A program made the position numbers and the translations under genes. A stretch of 64,000 bases of DNA, from assembly GCF_964213995.1 (NCBI RefSeq), contig NW_027590150.1, positions 558,001 through 622,000 on the forward strand. Reading direction: 5' to 3'. Positions 36,400-50,038 of this stretch are shown here, one piece after another. This stretch comes from Mustelus asterias (taxonomy: Eukaryota). Within the stretch, counting starts at the first letter, position 1. Each line of letters opens with the position of its first letter. The notes under the pieces are model-generated. The model saw nothing but the letters and a program-made list of their open reading frames with translations, was not told where the DNA came from and made no database searches.

Positions 36400-37550
36400 C
36401 AGGATATTCTGGCAGGAAGAATAAAAGGGAAGCAGATTATCTAAATGGTGAGAGATTGTCGAGCTCTGAGATGCAGAGGGATCTGGGTGTTGTAGAGATT
36501 GAATAAACTGGGATTGTTCTCCCTGGAAAGATGGAGGCTGAGGCACGACCTGATAGACGTTTATAAAATTATGAGGGGTGTGGATAGGGTGAACAGTTGG
36601 GAGCTTTTTCCCAGGGCAGAAATGACAATTACAAGGGGACAGAAGTTCAAGACAAGGGAGAAAGGTTCAGTGGAGATGTGCAGGGGAAGGTTTTTTTTAC
36701 ACAGAGGGTGGTGGGGGCCTGGAATGCACTGCCAAGTGAGGTGGTTGAGGCAGATACCTTAGCGACATTTAAGATTTATCTTGATAAACACATGAACAGA
36801 CGGGGAATAGAGGGATATAAGCGGTTGGTCTTGATAGGACAATGTGATCAGCGTTGGCCGAAGGGCCTGTTCCTGTGTTGTTCTTTGTTCTTTGCATGAA
36901 TCACAAAAAGCTGGTAAGCAGGTAAAGCAAGTAATTAGGAAAGCTCTCATTTGTGAGAGGAATTGATTACATAAATATGGAGGTTATGCTTCAGTTATCC
37001 AGAGCACCAGTGAGACCACATCTGGAGTACGGTGTACAGTATTGGTCATCTTGTTTAAGCAAGGAGGTAAATACATTGGAAGCAGTCGATTGACCAGACT
37101 AATGCTAGAAATGTGTGGATTATGGGTAAAGCTTGGACAGGCTCGGTTTGTGTCTGCTGGAGTTTAGAAGAGTAAGATAAATTTGATCGAAACATGGAAG
37201 ATCCTGAAGGGTCTTGACAGGTTGATGTGGAGAGGATGTTTCCTCTTCTGTGAGAATCTAGAGCTCGGGGTCCCTGTTTAAAAATAAGGGTTCGCACATT
37301 TAAAACAGAGATGAGGTGAAATATTTTCTTTCAGAGGGTCGTGAACCTCTTCTGAAAAGGCGGTGGGAGCAGAATCTTTGAAGATTTTTAAGGCAGATGT
37401 AGATAGATTCTTGGCAAGCAAGTGGGTGATAGATTATTGGGGGCAGGCAGGATGCAGATTTAAGGTTACTATCAGATCAGCCCCGATCTGATTAAATGGT
37501 GGAGCAGACTCAAGGGGCCAAATAGCTGAATCCTGCTCCTTGTTCCTGTG
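36400..37550 (+). mobile_element. Older CR1 with a younger CR1 3' end (~36495-36893) nested inside
   Basis: gatctgggtgt...gcatgaatcacaaaaagc split by an insert ending (ttctttg)n. Confidence 0.8.
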
Positions 37551-39994
37551 AGACATTGGCAGTAAGATATGATTCAAAGTATGACTCAGCCTGTTGCTTG
37601 ACTGGACTGTTTGACTGTAGGAATAGTCATGTTTAATAGTTTGTAGCTTAGTTATGTGTAATGATCAAGTAATTGAAGGTTATTAATCAATTAACCTGAT
37701 ACGATATTCTGCTTAATTATAATATATTAGTATCATGTAACTGGCTTTGTCAGTAACTGCATCCTTATTTGACAAGTGAAATACATCACATGACCCGAGG
37801 CTGGTGTAAACCTACACTTTTATACTTTAATTACAGAGTCCTGTGGATCCCATCAACTCTGGATGAGCTGAGGTCTGGAACTGTTAACCCCTCAGCCATT
37901 AATTAACGGTTATACTTGAATTAGAGGCCATATTGTGTGACGAAATCAGCTGTGAAGTTTCAAACCTTCAGCATTGTATCGTAAATTAGTTTAAACTTTT
38001 AACTTGTAATATCTTAAAAGAAGCAATCACTTTCCTTCACACTATATAACCATCATTGGTTTGAAAAATTAAAGGTTTCAGTTTAATTTTCGTAGCGCAG
38101 TAGTTATTCTGACTCATTAGTTTTGAACATTTATCAATTGAATTTATTATGCTGTATTTCTATGTGTTTCCTGCTATCTCACCTTTTACACACTGATTTG
38201 ATGCCACTATCTTTGGATTTCAGATCTGAAGTAACTTTGTAATTTCTGTATTAGTTTAAGGCTGTGTGTCATTTTGTGTCCTTTTAATTAACTGTGTTCC
38301 AAGCTCTGGCAACCACTACAAAAACCAGCAAGCACTTTCTTTAACCAAAATATACTGAGAGTCACCTGCCCCAATGAGAACTCTAAAAGTTCGACACATC
38401 AATGCGACATTTGAGACAATGAACCCAAATGTTAACCATTGGGATTTGACACCATAAACTTGCTTTTCTCAAATAAGTGACAAAGAAGATATCTTTATGC
38501 CTCCATTATCTCAGTAGGAAGCCATAACATTTAATGAAATCACAGAAAAGGCAACTAAACCCAACAATTGTAATTGACTTTAAGTCTTACATTTAAGTTG
38601 AGGTGAACCCACGTCTTTCAGAAAATCTCTGCCAACTTTGGCACAAGCCCCCAGCTGTTAGCCAGGAATTCTTTGCAGGATTAACTTGGGAACAGTGTGC
38701 GTTTATCATTTCTGGAACCTAGGTCAATGCGGGGGGGTCTGTCTGGTTTTATCATTGACTCTTCTGTAGCAATTTGACACAACTGAATAGCTTGCTCAGG
38801 ATAGAGAGCTCTGAATCTAGGGTATTACCTCTGTTCTGCAGAACAAGTAACTATACTCTGTCTATTATTGCAGTGCTGTAATAAAGTCAGTTAAAGACAA
38901 TCTGGTGTTGGGAGTTTGATGATCTGATGTATGAAACCACAAGATTCAATATTTAGAGTCAACAAGATGAACAAGGAAACACATCAGGGCCCAAAGCTCC
39001 AGCTGGATATTCACAGGAGAAAGTCTGTTACTCAACATCTTGAGTGGACAGAACAGAGAAAGGTCCCAACTGTAAGAAACCCTCCAAACATTTGTAAATA
39101 TATTTCAAATGTTGACAGGTCCCAATCCCCAGTTTCCATTAAATTGAAATCAATGAAAGATCTGAGACAGACAGTTGGGTTGAAGGCAGTGCGGGGCCCA
39201 CATGGACTGAGAAACCAAATCCAGGGAGCACTAACACCGAGACACCAAATCCAGGCAGCATTTGTACTTTGATGTTGATTTATCAGGTAGAAGTTGTTTG
39301 CAATAAATCCCCAATTTTAAATTAAACCTACAAGATTTAACTATCTGGCTAGAATGAACATTCTAATTGGTAAATTCAAAAGATTTATTAACCATTAAAA
39401 GGTAACAAGTTAGAAAGATAAAAAGCAAAGTTTGAATTAACAGTGATGGAGAGGAGGAGGAGAAAGCTCATCTTTAACAATGAAACAGACTTCTCACAAC
39501 TTTCCTCGGTTGATCAGGCCAAAGACGTGAAATGATCATCAGCAAAGGACATGTTAACAGAATGGCTACTCCAACACTTTATTTTAACCCCTTCAACTCA
39601 CATTTGCTTAACTCAAATTAGCCTCAGTGTTGAACTATATTTGATTAACTTAATTGTCTGATTGGCCCCTGACACCTCCGAGCATCTCCTGATGTCTGAG
39701 TACAAAGGTCGACTGAATAAATGAGACATCTTGGGTAAGGTCCCATTCATTCCCCAACTTAACGTAACTTGTCAAAGCCATAAATGTTTTGTGAGCTCTA
39801 ACTTATCTTTCTAGATTGGCTGGAAAACATAATTTGACAGTTCTCATGATTTATGACCAGTGTACTTAAAATCATATTATAATAAAACATTACAGACTTT
39901 GTGTTACAGGTTATATTACCAGTCTGACAAGTACATCTATTGATTAAGTGCTGATTCTTCAATTGTCTCAGAATGAAGGTTCTTCACTTCACTG

Positions 39995-40266
39995 ATATGA
40001 GGATGTTAACCCGAGGGTCCCGTCTGCTCTGTCAGGCAGAGATGAAAGATCACACGGCTTCTATTTGGAAGGAGAGGAGGGAGCTCACCCTGCTGAAACC
40101 AATATTACCCCTCACCCAATCTCACTGAAAACAGAACACTGCTCATTATCACATTGTTGATGTGGTTTACCCCACTGAAACCAATATTACCCCTCACCCA
40201 ATCTCACTGAAAACAGATCACTGCCCCTCATCACATTGCTGCTTGTGGAGGCTGACTGCGCACAGA
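39995..40266 (+). mobile_element. DeuSINE (AmnSINE1/SacSINE1-like) fragment; its 3' tail resumes at ~41360-41410
   Basis: atgttaacccgagggtcccgtctgctctgtcagg...aaagatc...ccaatattacccctcacccaatctcactgaaaacaga...tcacattgctgcttgtgg and gtcctgaggttgtgaaaggtgctatat match the Deu-domain SINE consensus as recalled. Confidence 0.7.
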
Positions 40267-40267
40267 G

Positions 40268-41358
40268 ATAGAACATAGAACATAGAACAGTACAGCACAG
40301 AACAGGCCCTTCGGCCCACGATGTTGTGCCGACCTTCATCTGAAACCAAGATCAAGCTATCCCACTCCCTACCATCCTGGTGTGCTCCATGTGCCTATCC
40401 AATAACCGCTTAAATGTTCCTAAAGTGTCTGACTCCACTATCACTGCAGGCAGTCCATTCCACACCCCAACCACTCTCTGCGTGAAGAACCTACCTCTGA
40501 TATCCTTCCTATATCTCCCACCATGAACCCTATAGTTATGCCCCCTTGTAATAGCTCCATCCACCCGAGGAAATAGTCTTTGAACGTTCACTCGATCTAT
40601 CCCCTTCATGATTTTATAAACCTCTATTAAGTCTCCCCTCAATCTCCTCTGCTCCAGAGAGAACAGCCCCAGCTCCCTCAACCTTTCCTCATAAGACCGA
40701 CACTCCAAACCAGGCAGCATCCTGGTAAATCTCCTCTGCACTCTCTCCAGCGCTTCCACATCCTTCTTATAGTGAGGTGACCAGAACTGCACGCAATATT
40801 CCAAATGCGGTCTCACCAAGGTCCTGTACAGTTGCAGCATAACCCCACGGCTCTTAAACTCCACCCCCCTGTTAATAAAAGCTAACACACTATATGCCTT
40901 CTTCACAGCTCTATCCACTTGAGTGGCAACCTTTAGAGATCTGTGGATATGGGCCCCAAGATCTCTCTGTTCCTCCACAGTCTTCAGAACCCTACCTTTG
41001 ACCCTGTAATCCACATTTAAATTAGTCCTACCAAAATGAATCACCTCACATTTATCAGGGTTAAACTCCATTTGCCATTTTTCAGCCCAGCTTTGCATCC
41101 TATCTATGTCTCTTTGCAGCCTACAACACCCCTCCACCTCATCCACTACTCCACCAATCTTGGTGTCATCAGCAAATTTACTGATCCACCCTTCAGCCCC
41201 CTCCTCCAAGTCATTAATAAAAATCACAAAGAGCAGAGGACCAAGCATCGATCCCTGCGGCACTCCGCTAGCAACCTGCCTCCAGTCCGAAAATTTTCCA
41301 TCCACCACCACCCTCTGTCTTCGATCAGATAGCCAGTTACCTATCCAATCGGCCAACC
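40268..41358 (-). mobile_element. Young 5'-truncated CR1 LINE (open ORF 40352-41356)
   Basis: 334 aa uninterrupted, including VPQGSMLGP and FADD; (TTCTATG)n tail. Confidence 0.95.
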
Positions 41359-41522
41359 TATCCAGATGTCCTGAGGTTGTGAAAGGTGCTATATGAACAC
41401 AAATTCTGTCGACTCCAGCCCGGTTACTGTACTTTGCAGCAACATCATCAACACTTCCCCAATGTCATGATGAATAAGGTTCAATCCTGAATCTGATTAA
41501 CAGCAGAATCAGAGCAGAGCCG

Positions 41523-42496
41523 TCATCTGTGAACTCGCTGGTGTTTCACCAGATTGGATGATTCGGTAAATCTCTTCCCGCACTCGGAGCAGGTGAACGG
41601 CCTCTCCCCAGTGTGAATGCGCTGGTGTGTCAGCAGGTGGGATGATCGTGCGAATCCCTTTCCACACTCGGAGCAGGTGAATGGCCTCACCTCAGTGTGA
41701 ATTTGTCGGTGTGTCAGCAGGTTGGAGGACTGAGTGAATCCCTTCCCACACTTGGAGCAGATGAATGGCTTCTCCCCAGTGTGAACTCGCTGGTGTACAA
41801 TGAGTTGAGATGATCGCCTGAACCCAGTTCCACAGTGAGAGCACTTGAACGGTCTCTCCTCAGTGTGAACACGTTGATGGGACATCAGTTCACCAGAACT
41901 TTTAAAGCACTTCCCACACTCTGGACATTGAAAAGGTCTCTTGTCAGTGTGAACTCGTTGGTGTGTCTGAAGGTGGGTTGCTGTCCTGAAACTCTTCCCA
42001 CACTTAGAGCAGCTGAACAGTGTGTACTCGGTGTGAATGCGCTGGTGCTCCCTCAGTCCGTGTGGGCTTTTAAAGCTCTTCTCACACTTGGAGCATTGAA
42101 ACTCTCTCTTGTCAGTGTGAACTTGCTGGTGTTTCAGCAGGTGGGATGAGCGAGTGAATCCGTTTCCACACACCGAGCAGGTGAACGGCCTCTCCCCGGT
42201 GTGGAGTCGCTCATGCAGCTGAAGGCAGATGAACTGAGCGAATCTCTTCCCACATACGGAACAAATGAACGGCCTCTCCCCGGTGTGTCTGCGTCGATGA
42301 ATTTCCAGCTCAGATGGGGATCTGAATCCCTTCCCACAGTCCACACATTTCCACCGCTTCTCCCTGGCGTGAATGGTGCTTTTTGCTTCCATGTTCAAAG
42401 GCCGATGATATTCAAGTCCTGATGAATCGAGTGACTCCGTCAGATTTTGATGTGATGTTTGGTTTGACTTTCCTGATTGTGAACCTTTCAAATATT
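41523..42496 (-). CDS. C2H2 zinc-finger protein exon, 10 intact fingers with in-frame N-terminal leader
   Basis: Acceptor cattttacag| at 42497, phase 1; YLKGSQSGKSNQTSHQNLTESLDSSGLEYHRPLNMEAKSTIHAREKRWKC followed by 10 CxxC..HxxxH units. Confidence 0.88.
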
Positions 42497-42859
42497 CTGT
42501 AAAATGAATTTAAGACAGAATCAAGGAAATGTAAAAGAGAACCCACAAAAACACAAAGTGAGGTTGTGAAATTGAGCAAAATTAATCTTGTAATTTGTGG
42601 GGCCAGCGCTAGGAAAAAGTGACCCTGAAAACTGCTGGTTTCTCATAAAAACCCAACTGGTTCACTAATGTTCTTTAGAGAAGGGAACCTGCCACCCAGT
42701 CGAGGCTTACACAAGACTCTGGCTTCCATGGGAGGAGAGAGAGATGTGAAGGAGAGGGTAAAAGAGATGAACTTCATAGATCCGTAACTGAATTTGAATT
42801 TCGAAAGAATCTCCCAAACCCATAACTCCACCCACAGAAAGATAAGAGCAGCTGGAAAA

Positions 42860-43050
42860 CCATCACCTCCAAGACACACACCAGCGAGTTCAGACTGGGG
42901 AGAGACCAGACTCCTGCTCCACATGTGAGAAAGATACAATCGATCATCTAATCGGCTGACACACCGGCGAGTTCAGCAGTGATTACTGGGATTGGATTCT
43001 GCTGTTGTTGCTGCTGTTAATCCAAGACTGAACTCTGTTCATTCTGATAG
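42860..43050 (+). pseudogene. Orphan last zinc finger plus family 3'UTR fragment
   Basis: cacaccagcgagttcagactggggagagacc...cacaccggcgagttcagcagtgattactgggattggattctgctgtt. Confidence 0.65.
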
Positions 43051-43299
43051 TTTGAACATAAGAAATAGGAGCAGGAGTAGGCCATCTAGCCCCTCGAGCC
43101 TGCCCCGCCATTCAATAATATCATGGCTGATCTGAAGTGGATCAGTTCCACTTACCCGCCTGATACCTGTTGGGTTTGTTTCTGTTGATGTTTACAATCT
43201 CTGGATGTTTAATATTCTGGAACTTGGCTTGTTTTACCTTGTGACCCTTACTCTTCCAATAAAGTATCTTTCTTTGGTCTATAGCAAATAGTGATTTAC

Positions 43300-43975
<676 letters not shown>

Positions 43976-44159
43976 ACACTGAATTTAAAAGAAAAAAAAT
44001 GAGAGAGAGAACCCACAAAAACACAAAGGCAGGTTGTGAAATTGAGCGGAATGAATCTGGTAATTTCTGGGGCCGACACCAGGAAAAAGTGACCATGAAA
44101 ATTCTGGAGTGTCATAAAAATCCAAGTGATTCACTGATGTCCTGCAGGGAAGGGATTGA

Positions 44160-45200
44160 ATGTCACCCATTCAATAGGATCATGGCTGATCTGACATTCC
44201 TCATGTCCACTTTCTTGCCCTTTTCCCGTAACCCTTGATTTCCTTACTGTTCAAAAATATACACAAGGGCTTTGCCCCCACAGCTCTCTGTGGCAAGGAG
44301 TTGCAAAGACTCTCAACCCTCTGGGAGAAGAAATTGCTCCTGATCTCAGTCTTAAATTGGCACCTTTTATTCTGAGACTGTGCCCTCTGGTCCCAGACTC
44401 TCCCATGAGAGGAAACATCCGCTCAGCATTTACCTTGTCAAGTCCCTTAAGAATCCAACATGCTTCAATGAGATCACCTCTCATTCTTCTAAATTCCAAT
44501 GAGGAGAGTCCCAACCTGTTTAACCTTTCCTCATAAAACAATCCCTCCATAACGGGGATAATCCAAGTGAATCTACTGTAAACTGCCTCCAATGAAATAA
44601 TATTTTTCCTGAAATAAAGAGACCAAACCTGCTCACAGTCCTCCAGATATGGTCTCGTCAGTACCTTGTACAGCTGCAGCAAGACTTCCCGACTCATATA
44701 CTCCAACCATGGTGGCACTGCAGTTAGCACTGCTGCTTCACAGCGCCAGAGACTCGGGTTCAATTCCTGGCTTGGGTCACTGTCTGTGTGGAGTTTGCAC
44801 ATTCTCCCCGGTTCTGCGTGGGTTCCCTCCGGGTGTTCCGGTTTCCTCCCACAGTCCAAAGATGTGCAGGTTAGGTGAACTGGTCATGCTAAATTCTCCC
44901 TCAGTGTACCTGAACAGGTGCCGGAGTGTGGCGACTCGGGGATTTTCACAGTAACATCATTGCATTGTTAATGTAAGCTTACTTGTGACAAATAAATAAA
45001 CTTTACTTTACTTGAAATAAGGGCCAACATTCTATTAGGCTTCCTGATTATCAACTGCACCTGTGTGCTAGGTTTCTGTGTTTTGTGCAGAAGTCCCCCA
45101 AGTCCTGTTGTGTTGCAGCTTTACAGTTTTTTCCCCATTTCAATAATACCCCCCTATTCTCCGTTCCAAAATGAACAGTTTCACATTTTCCCACATTATC
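44160..45200 (-). mobile_element. CR1 3' fragment with a nested HE1-like SINE (+, 44709-45010)
   Basis: LLQLYKVLTRPYLEDCEQVWSLY...RRMRGDLIE; SINE head and V-domain interrupt it. Confidence 0.85.
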
Positions 45201-46184
45201 ATAGAGTCCCTACAGTGCAGAAGGAAGACATTCAACCCAGTGAGTCTGCACCGATTCTCTCACATAGTCTCTAACCCAGAGCCCCTATCCCCATACCTCA
45301 CACATTTACCATGGCTAATCCATCTAACCTACATGTCTTGGGACACTAAGGGGAAATGGCCAACCCACTTAATCTGCATATCTCTGGACTGTGGGAGAAA
45401 CACAAATTGGTAACCAAATAAACCTGTTGGACTTTAACCTGGTGTTGTTAAAACTCTTACTGTGTTTACCCCAGTCCAACGCCAGCATCTCCACATCATG
45501 ACTGTGGGAGAAAACCAGAGCACCTGGAGGAAACCCACACAGACATGGAGGAAAGCTGCTGGATTGTCATAAAAACCCAAGTGGTATGCTGATGTCTGTC
45601 AAGAAAGGAAATCAGGCACCTGGTCTAGATAAGAATCTGGGCACTGAGTGGAGACAGAGAGAAGTAGAAGGGGCCGGGGTGAAGGAGACAGATTATATAC
45701 ATCTAGAACTCAATGAGAACTTTGACAGAATCTCCCAAACCCTCAACCTCCACCACCTAGAAGGACCAAGGTAGCAGGTAGATGTGAACGCCATCATCTC
45801 CGAGTTTCTCCCCCCACAACTCACACACCATCCTGACTTGTCTGACATCCAGTACTAAAAGAACTGAAACTTCTTTCATATAAACACTGGGAAGACTGAA
45901 CACATTGTCTTCAGTCCCCACTACAAACTCCACTCCCTCCTCAGCAACTCTATCTTCCTGGTAACTGTCTGAGGCTGAACCAAACTGTTCACAACCATGG
46001 TGAACTATTTCACCCCAAGATGAGCTTCCAACCACATATCCACATCATCATCAAAACCGCCTATTCCCATCTCAGTGACATCGCCCGACTCCACCCCAGT
46101 CTCACTTCATCTGGAACTCTCATCCATTCCAATGTGACGTGGAACTCAAGGGAATGGAACTGACCAAATTGCTCCACAGAGAGT

Positions 46185-46350
46185 TCAGTAAGTCTCACAA
46201 CACTAGGTTAAAGTCCAACAGGTTTATGTGGAATCACGAGCTTTTGGAGCACTGCTCCTTCCTCAGGTCACTCACCTGATGGACTTTAACCTGGTGTTGT
46301 GAGACTTCTTACTATGCCCAACCCAGTCCAATGCCGGCATCTCCACATCA
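46185..46350. mobile_element. Palindromic Penelope-like terminal fragment
   Basis: aagtctcacaacactaggttaaagtcc ... ggactttaacctggtgttgtgagactt in inverted arrangement. Confidence 0.75.
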
Positions 46351-46834
46351 TGGCTACCATGGAGAGTTAGCATGGATTTAAGTTGCCAAATGCATTTCCT
46401 TCTATGTTGTAATCTCTGCATCACTGGAAATTGATAAAGCAGCCACACTGCTGTATATTTCAAGACAAAAAATATGGGATCATAAATAACATATCTCTCT
46501 CCCATACAAATTTACTGTTGATTTAAATGTTAGCCCTCTTCTGGGAAAACTGAATTGTGAACATTGGGTAAGAGGCTCCCCTATTAGCCAGATAAACTGA
46601 GGGAACTAAAAGATGTCAATGTCTTTGAGAGAGAAACAAAAATATACCTGGGCCTAGTCCTGTTCCTGAATCCGGTCTTCATCTGTAACCTTTCCAGAGT
46701 CTGCAGCCTCCCTGGATTCACTTCCTTTCCCTTCAGTTGCTGCAAGTCCCCAATTTCCCCCAGAATGAGAAAAGAAATGGAAAGGGGGAAACATTGATTT
46801 CCTCCCAGATGTTGCCCAGAGGAGGGAGTTTGGA

Positions 46835-47290
46835 CAACTTCCGCATTGTGACGTCCATAATAGAGCTCTGCCTAAATCAGCCAATAGGAATCATTCTGCT
46901 CCGCGATGACGTCTCCGGTGCGCAGGCCCGGGCGCGCGGACCCGGGAGCCCCGCCCCCACCCATTGTTCCCCCTCCCCCTCCACCTCTTCCAGCCACGGT
47001 TTCCAGGCAACCGGCTGACGGCTCCGGCCAGAGCGAGAAGCCGCGTATTGATCGCCCCCTCCCTCGGCCCGGGACTGCGCATGTCCAAGGGAGAGGGGAA
47101 GATGTGCATGTGCGGGGGGAGCCAACCTTTTGACCTGCTGCTTGAGGTGTTGGCCAATGGAAAGTTGGAGGACCGGACGTTCTCTGGTCCTCCAGCCAAT
47201 CAGAGCTCCCCCATTGTCTGAATGCGGAAGTGGACAATGAGCTTGTTCAGCTGCTCATTCCTGCCCAGCAAAGCTGCTGCTCTCTCTCTC
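46835..47290. promoter_or_regulatory. CpG-island promoter, probably bidirectional, of the ZNF cluster
   Basis: CpG-dense; CRE-like TGACGTC (46849, 46907), CCAAT (46881, 47154, 47196), GC box (~46949), NRF1-like TGCGCATG (47076), ETS ACTTCCG (46838) and CGGAAGT (47225). Confidence 0.8.
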
Positions 47291-47298
47291 TGAATGAA

Positions 47299-47450
47299 CC
47301 CTAATAACCACATTTTAATTTGATGTTTTTAAGTTTCCTTTGCATTTTGATTTCTGTTCGGGCTGTTCCCCCTCCTTTTTGGGGAGCTGCCCCTTTTACT
47401 TTGTCCTGATTTAATTTGAGTTTGTTTACTTGGTTTGACCTAAAAAGAGG
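47299..47450 (+). mobile_element. 152-bp 5'-truncated Tx1-clade LINE 3' end with 16-bp TSD
   Basis: Matches 54302-54450; TSD tctctctctgaatgaa at 47283-47298 and 47451-47466. Confidence 0.85.
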
Positions 47451-47764
47451 TCTCTCTCTGAATGAAGATTGCGCTTCAGACAGACTCAAACTTCTTCTGT
47501 CTCCAACATCTGTGAGTAAAACACTTTCTTTTCTCCCCCTTTCCATTTCTTTTCTCATTCTGGGGGAAATTGGGGACTTGCAGCAACTAAAGGGAAACGG
47601 AGTGAATCCAGGGAGGCTGCAGACTCTGGAAAGGTTGGCCCGGGTCTCTCTTTCTCTTAAAGACATTGACATCCTTTGCTCCCTCAGCTTGACACGCTGA
47701 TTTGTCTGGCTAAAAGGTCCCTTTCCTCATGTTCACAATTAAAGGGCTGGTTTCCCCAGGTGAT

Positions 47765-48101
47765 AGAATAGAATAGAAACCCTACAGTGCAGAAGGAGGC
47801 CTTCGGCCCATCGAGTCTGCACCGACCACAATCCCACCCAGGCCCTACCCCCACATATTTTACCCGCTAATCCCTCTAACATACACATCCCAGGACTCTA
47901 AGGGGCAATTTTTTAACCTGGCCAATCAACCTAACCCGCACATCTTTGGACTGTGGGAGGAAACCGGAGCACCCGGAGGAAACCCACGCAGACACGAGGA
48001 GAATGTGCAAACTCCACACAGACAGTGACCCAAGCCGGGAATCGAACCTGGGACCCTGGAGCTGTGAAGCAGCAGTGCTAACCACTGTGCTACCGTGCCG
48101 T
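47765..48101 (-). mobile_element. HE1 V-SINE, full length
   Basis: tRNA-like head, V-domain, (TTCTA)n tail. Confidence 0.92.
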
Positions 48102-50038
48102 GCTGACATTTAAAAGAACAATAAATTAATATAGGATAGAGATATGCCTTGTGTTATATTGTAGATTTGGTGTAATATTTATGGTTCTGTAACAAAGTAC
48201 ATTTATTATTATTTCTCGTTTTGTAATGTAGCACTGAAGCTATGTTATATATTTTCACTCATCGAGTCATTACAGCGCAGAAGGAGTCCATTCAGTAACT
48301 CAAATCCATGCCGACTCTCTGTCGAACAATCCAGTCAGTCCCATTCCCTTTCTATATTACCTTTCCCCTGCAACTTTATTTCCTTTATGTGCCCATCTAA
48401 TTTCTGAAATATATTAAAGGGGACAGTAAACTAATACAGGACAGAGACGTGCCTCTGCTCCCCATAGCCAGGAACTGATAGCCTGCTCCCTTATATTGTA
48501 TATCATCCTCTCTGTATTGCTTGTTTCCTCTGTTTCTCAGCTTTTATCTTTGACCACCTCATCTTTCTGCTTTTTAAAATCTCTCTCAGTTTTTCTCTCA
48601 GTCTTTCTGTCTCTCCTTTCCTCTGTATCTTTCTCAGGCTTTGTGTGTTCCTATTTGATCAAGATGTTCAAAATCAGGGAGAGTTTCTGATTGATTACAG
48701 AGGGAAAAACAGGGAGAAAAGCAGAAAAACCCGGCAGGTCCGGCGGCATCTGTTCAGAGAGTTAACATTTTGAGTCCATATAATTCTTCAGGGCAGGAAA
48801 AACATGGGTTATCCATCTTAGATCAGGGAATGTGCTGGGGGAGATTTAATAGAGGTGTTTAAAATGACAAATGATTTATGATAGTGTCAATGGAGAGAAA
48901 TTATCTCCCAGCAGCAGGAGGGTTTGTCGATGGAGAGAATCGATTTCCCCGGTGCAGGAGGGTCTGTAAGCAGAGGACACAGAGATTTAATTTAATTGAC
49001 AACAGAATTGGAAGGGGTGTTAAGGAGAATGTTTTACACAATAACTTGATATGATCTGGAATGCACAAACTGACAGGTGCTAGAAGCAAGTTTAATAGTA
49101 GCTTTCAAAGGGAATTGGATAAATACTTGCAGAGGATAAATTGGCAAAGTTATGGTGAATGGGATTAATTAGACAGTTCACTCATCTTTGTGACATTCTG
49201 AATGTATCTCTCCTCAGGTTTTAATATTTGATCTTTTCGATTATAATGTGTCTCAAACAGAAGATTAAAATATTGGGTTTGATGAGCTGTCAGATCTCTT
49301 TCCTGTGTGTCTGTGTAACTTGAGAACTGGAGATGACCATGAGGAGGAACTGATTATTTTCAGTTCCTCTAACAGATACACCTCAGATATCAGAAATCCC
49401 TGGAGTTTCCCATGTCCTCATTATTCTCGCCTCGAGTATAACAGCTCTCAGTCAGGCCGAGTCAGTCACATGTGTCTCTGTCATGATGTTTCCACTTGTA
49501 TTTTATCACTCACCTCCCAGTGACACTCACCATAACACAGACACCTTAAAATATCATTGTTCCCTTGCACTTTGTCCTCCTATTATAATCAAATGTTTGT
49601 TGGGCCTCTTGTCTCCCTTAATGTCAGATTACCTGCAGTTAAAATGACCTCAGAGACACTGAAACTGCAGTTGTAAAATACAGCAGAATTGGAATAACAG
49701 ACAGGTTATTGTCCGATAATGACAGTAGCAGAGTAACACACATCGGAATTTAAATACATCATATCAATAGACCACGACTCACTCACACTATCAAATGAAA
49801 CCTAAACTTTGGTTATGGTGCACGAGATACTGACTGTATTACCATTACATTGGATCTAATGCTGTGTTCACTAACATACTGCAATGTGACTCTAAATATT
49901 TTAACAAACATTGTATTTGTTACACTCAGAGTAAGTCAGTGCTTTGCTGTGTTGTCTCTGTGCCCCATCTCCACTCTGAATGAATTGGAGCCTGTGTGTG
50001 TCATTGTTACACTGAGACTCTGTCACTGTTATTACTAA

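Noticed and set aside
37547-38941. Possible solo LTR (TGTG...CACA ends, AATAAA near the 3' end)
   Set aside because: No target-site duplication, PBS or second copy visible
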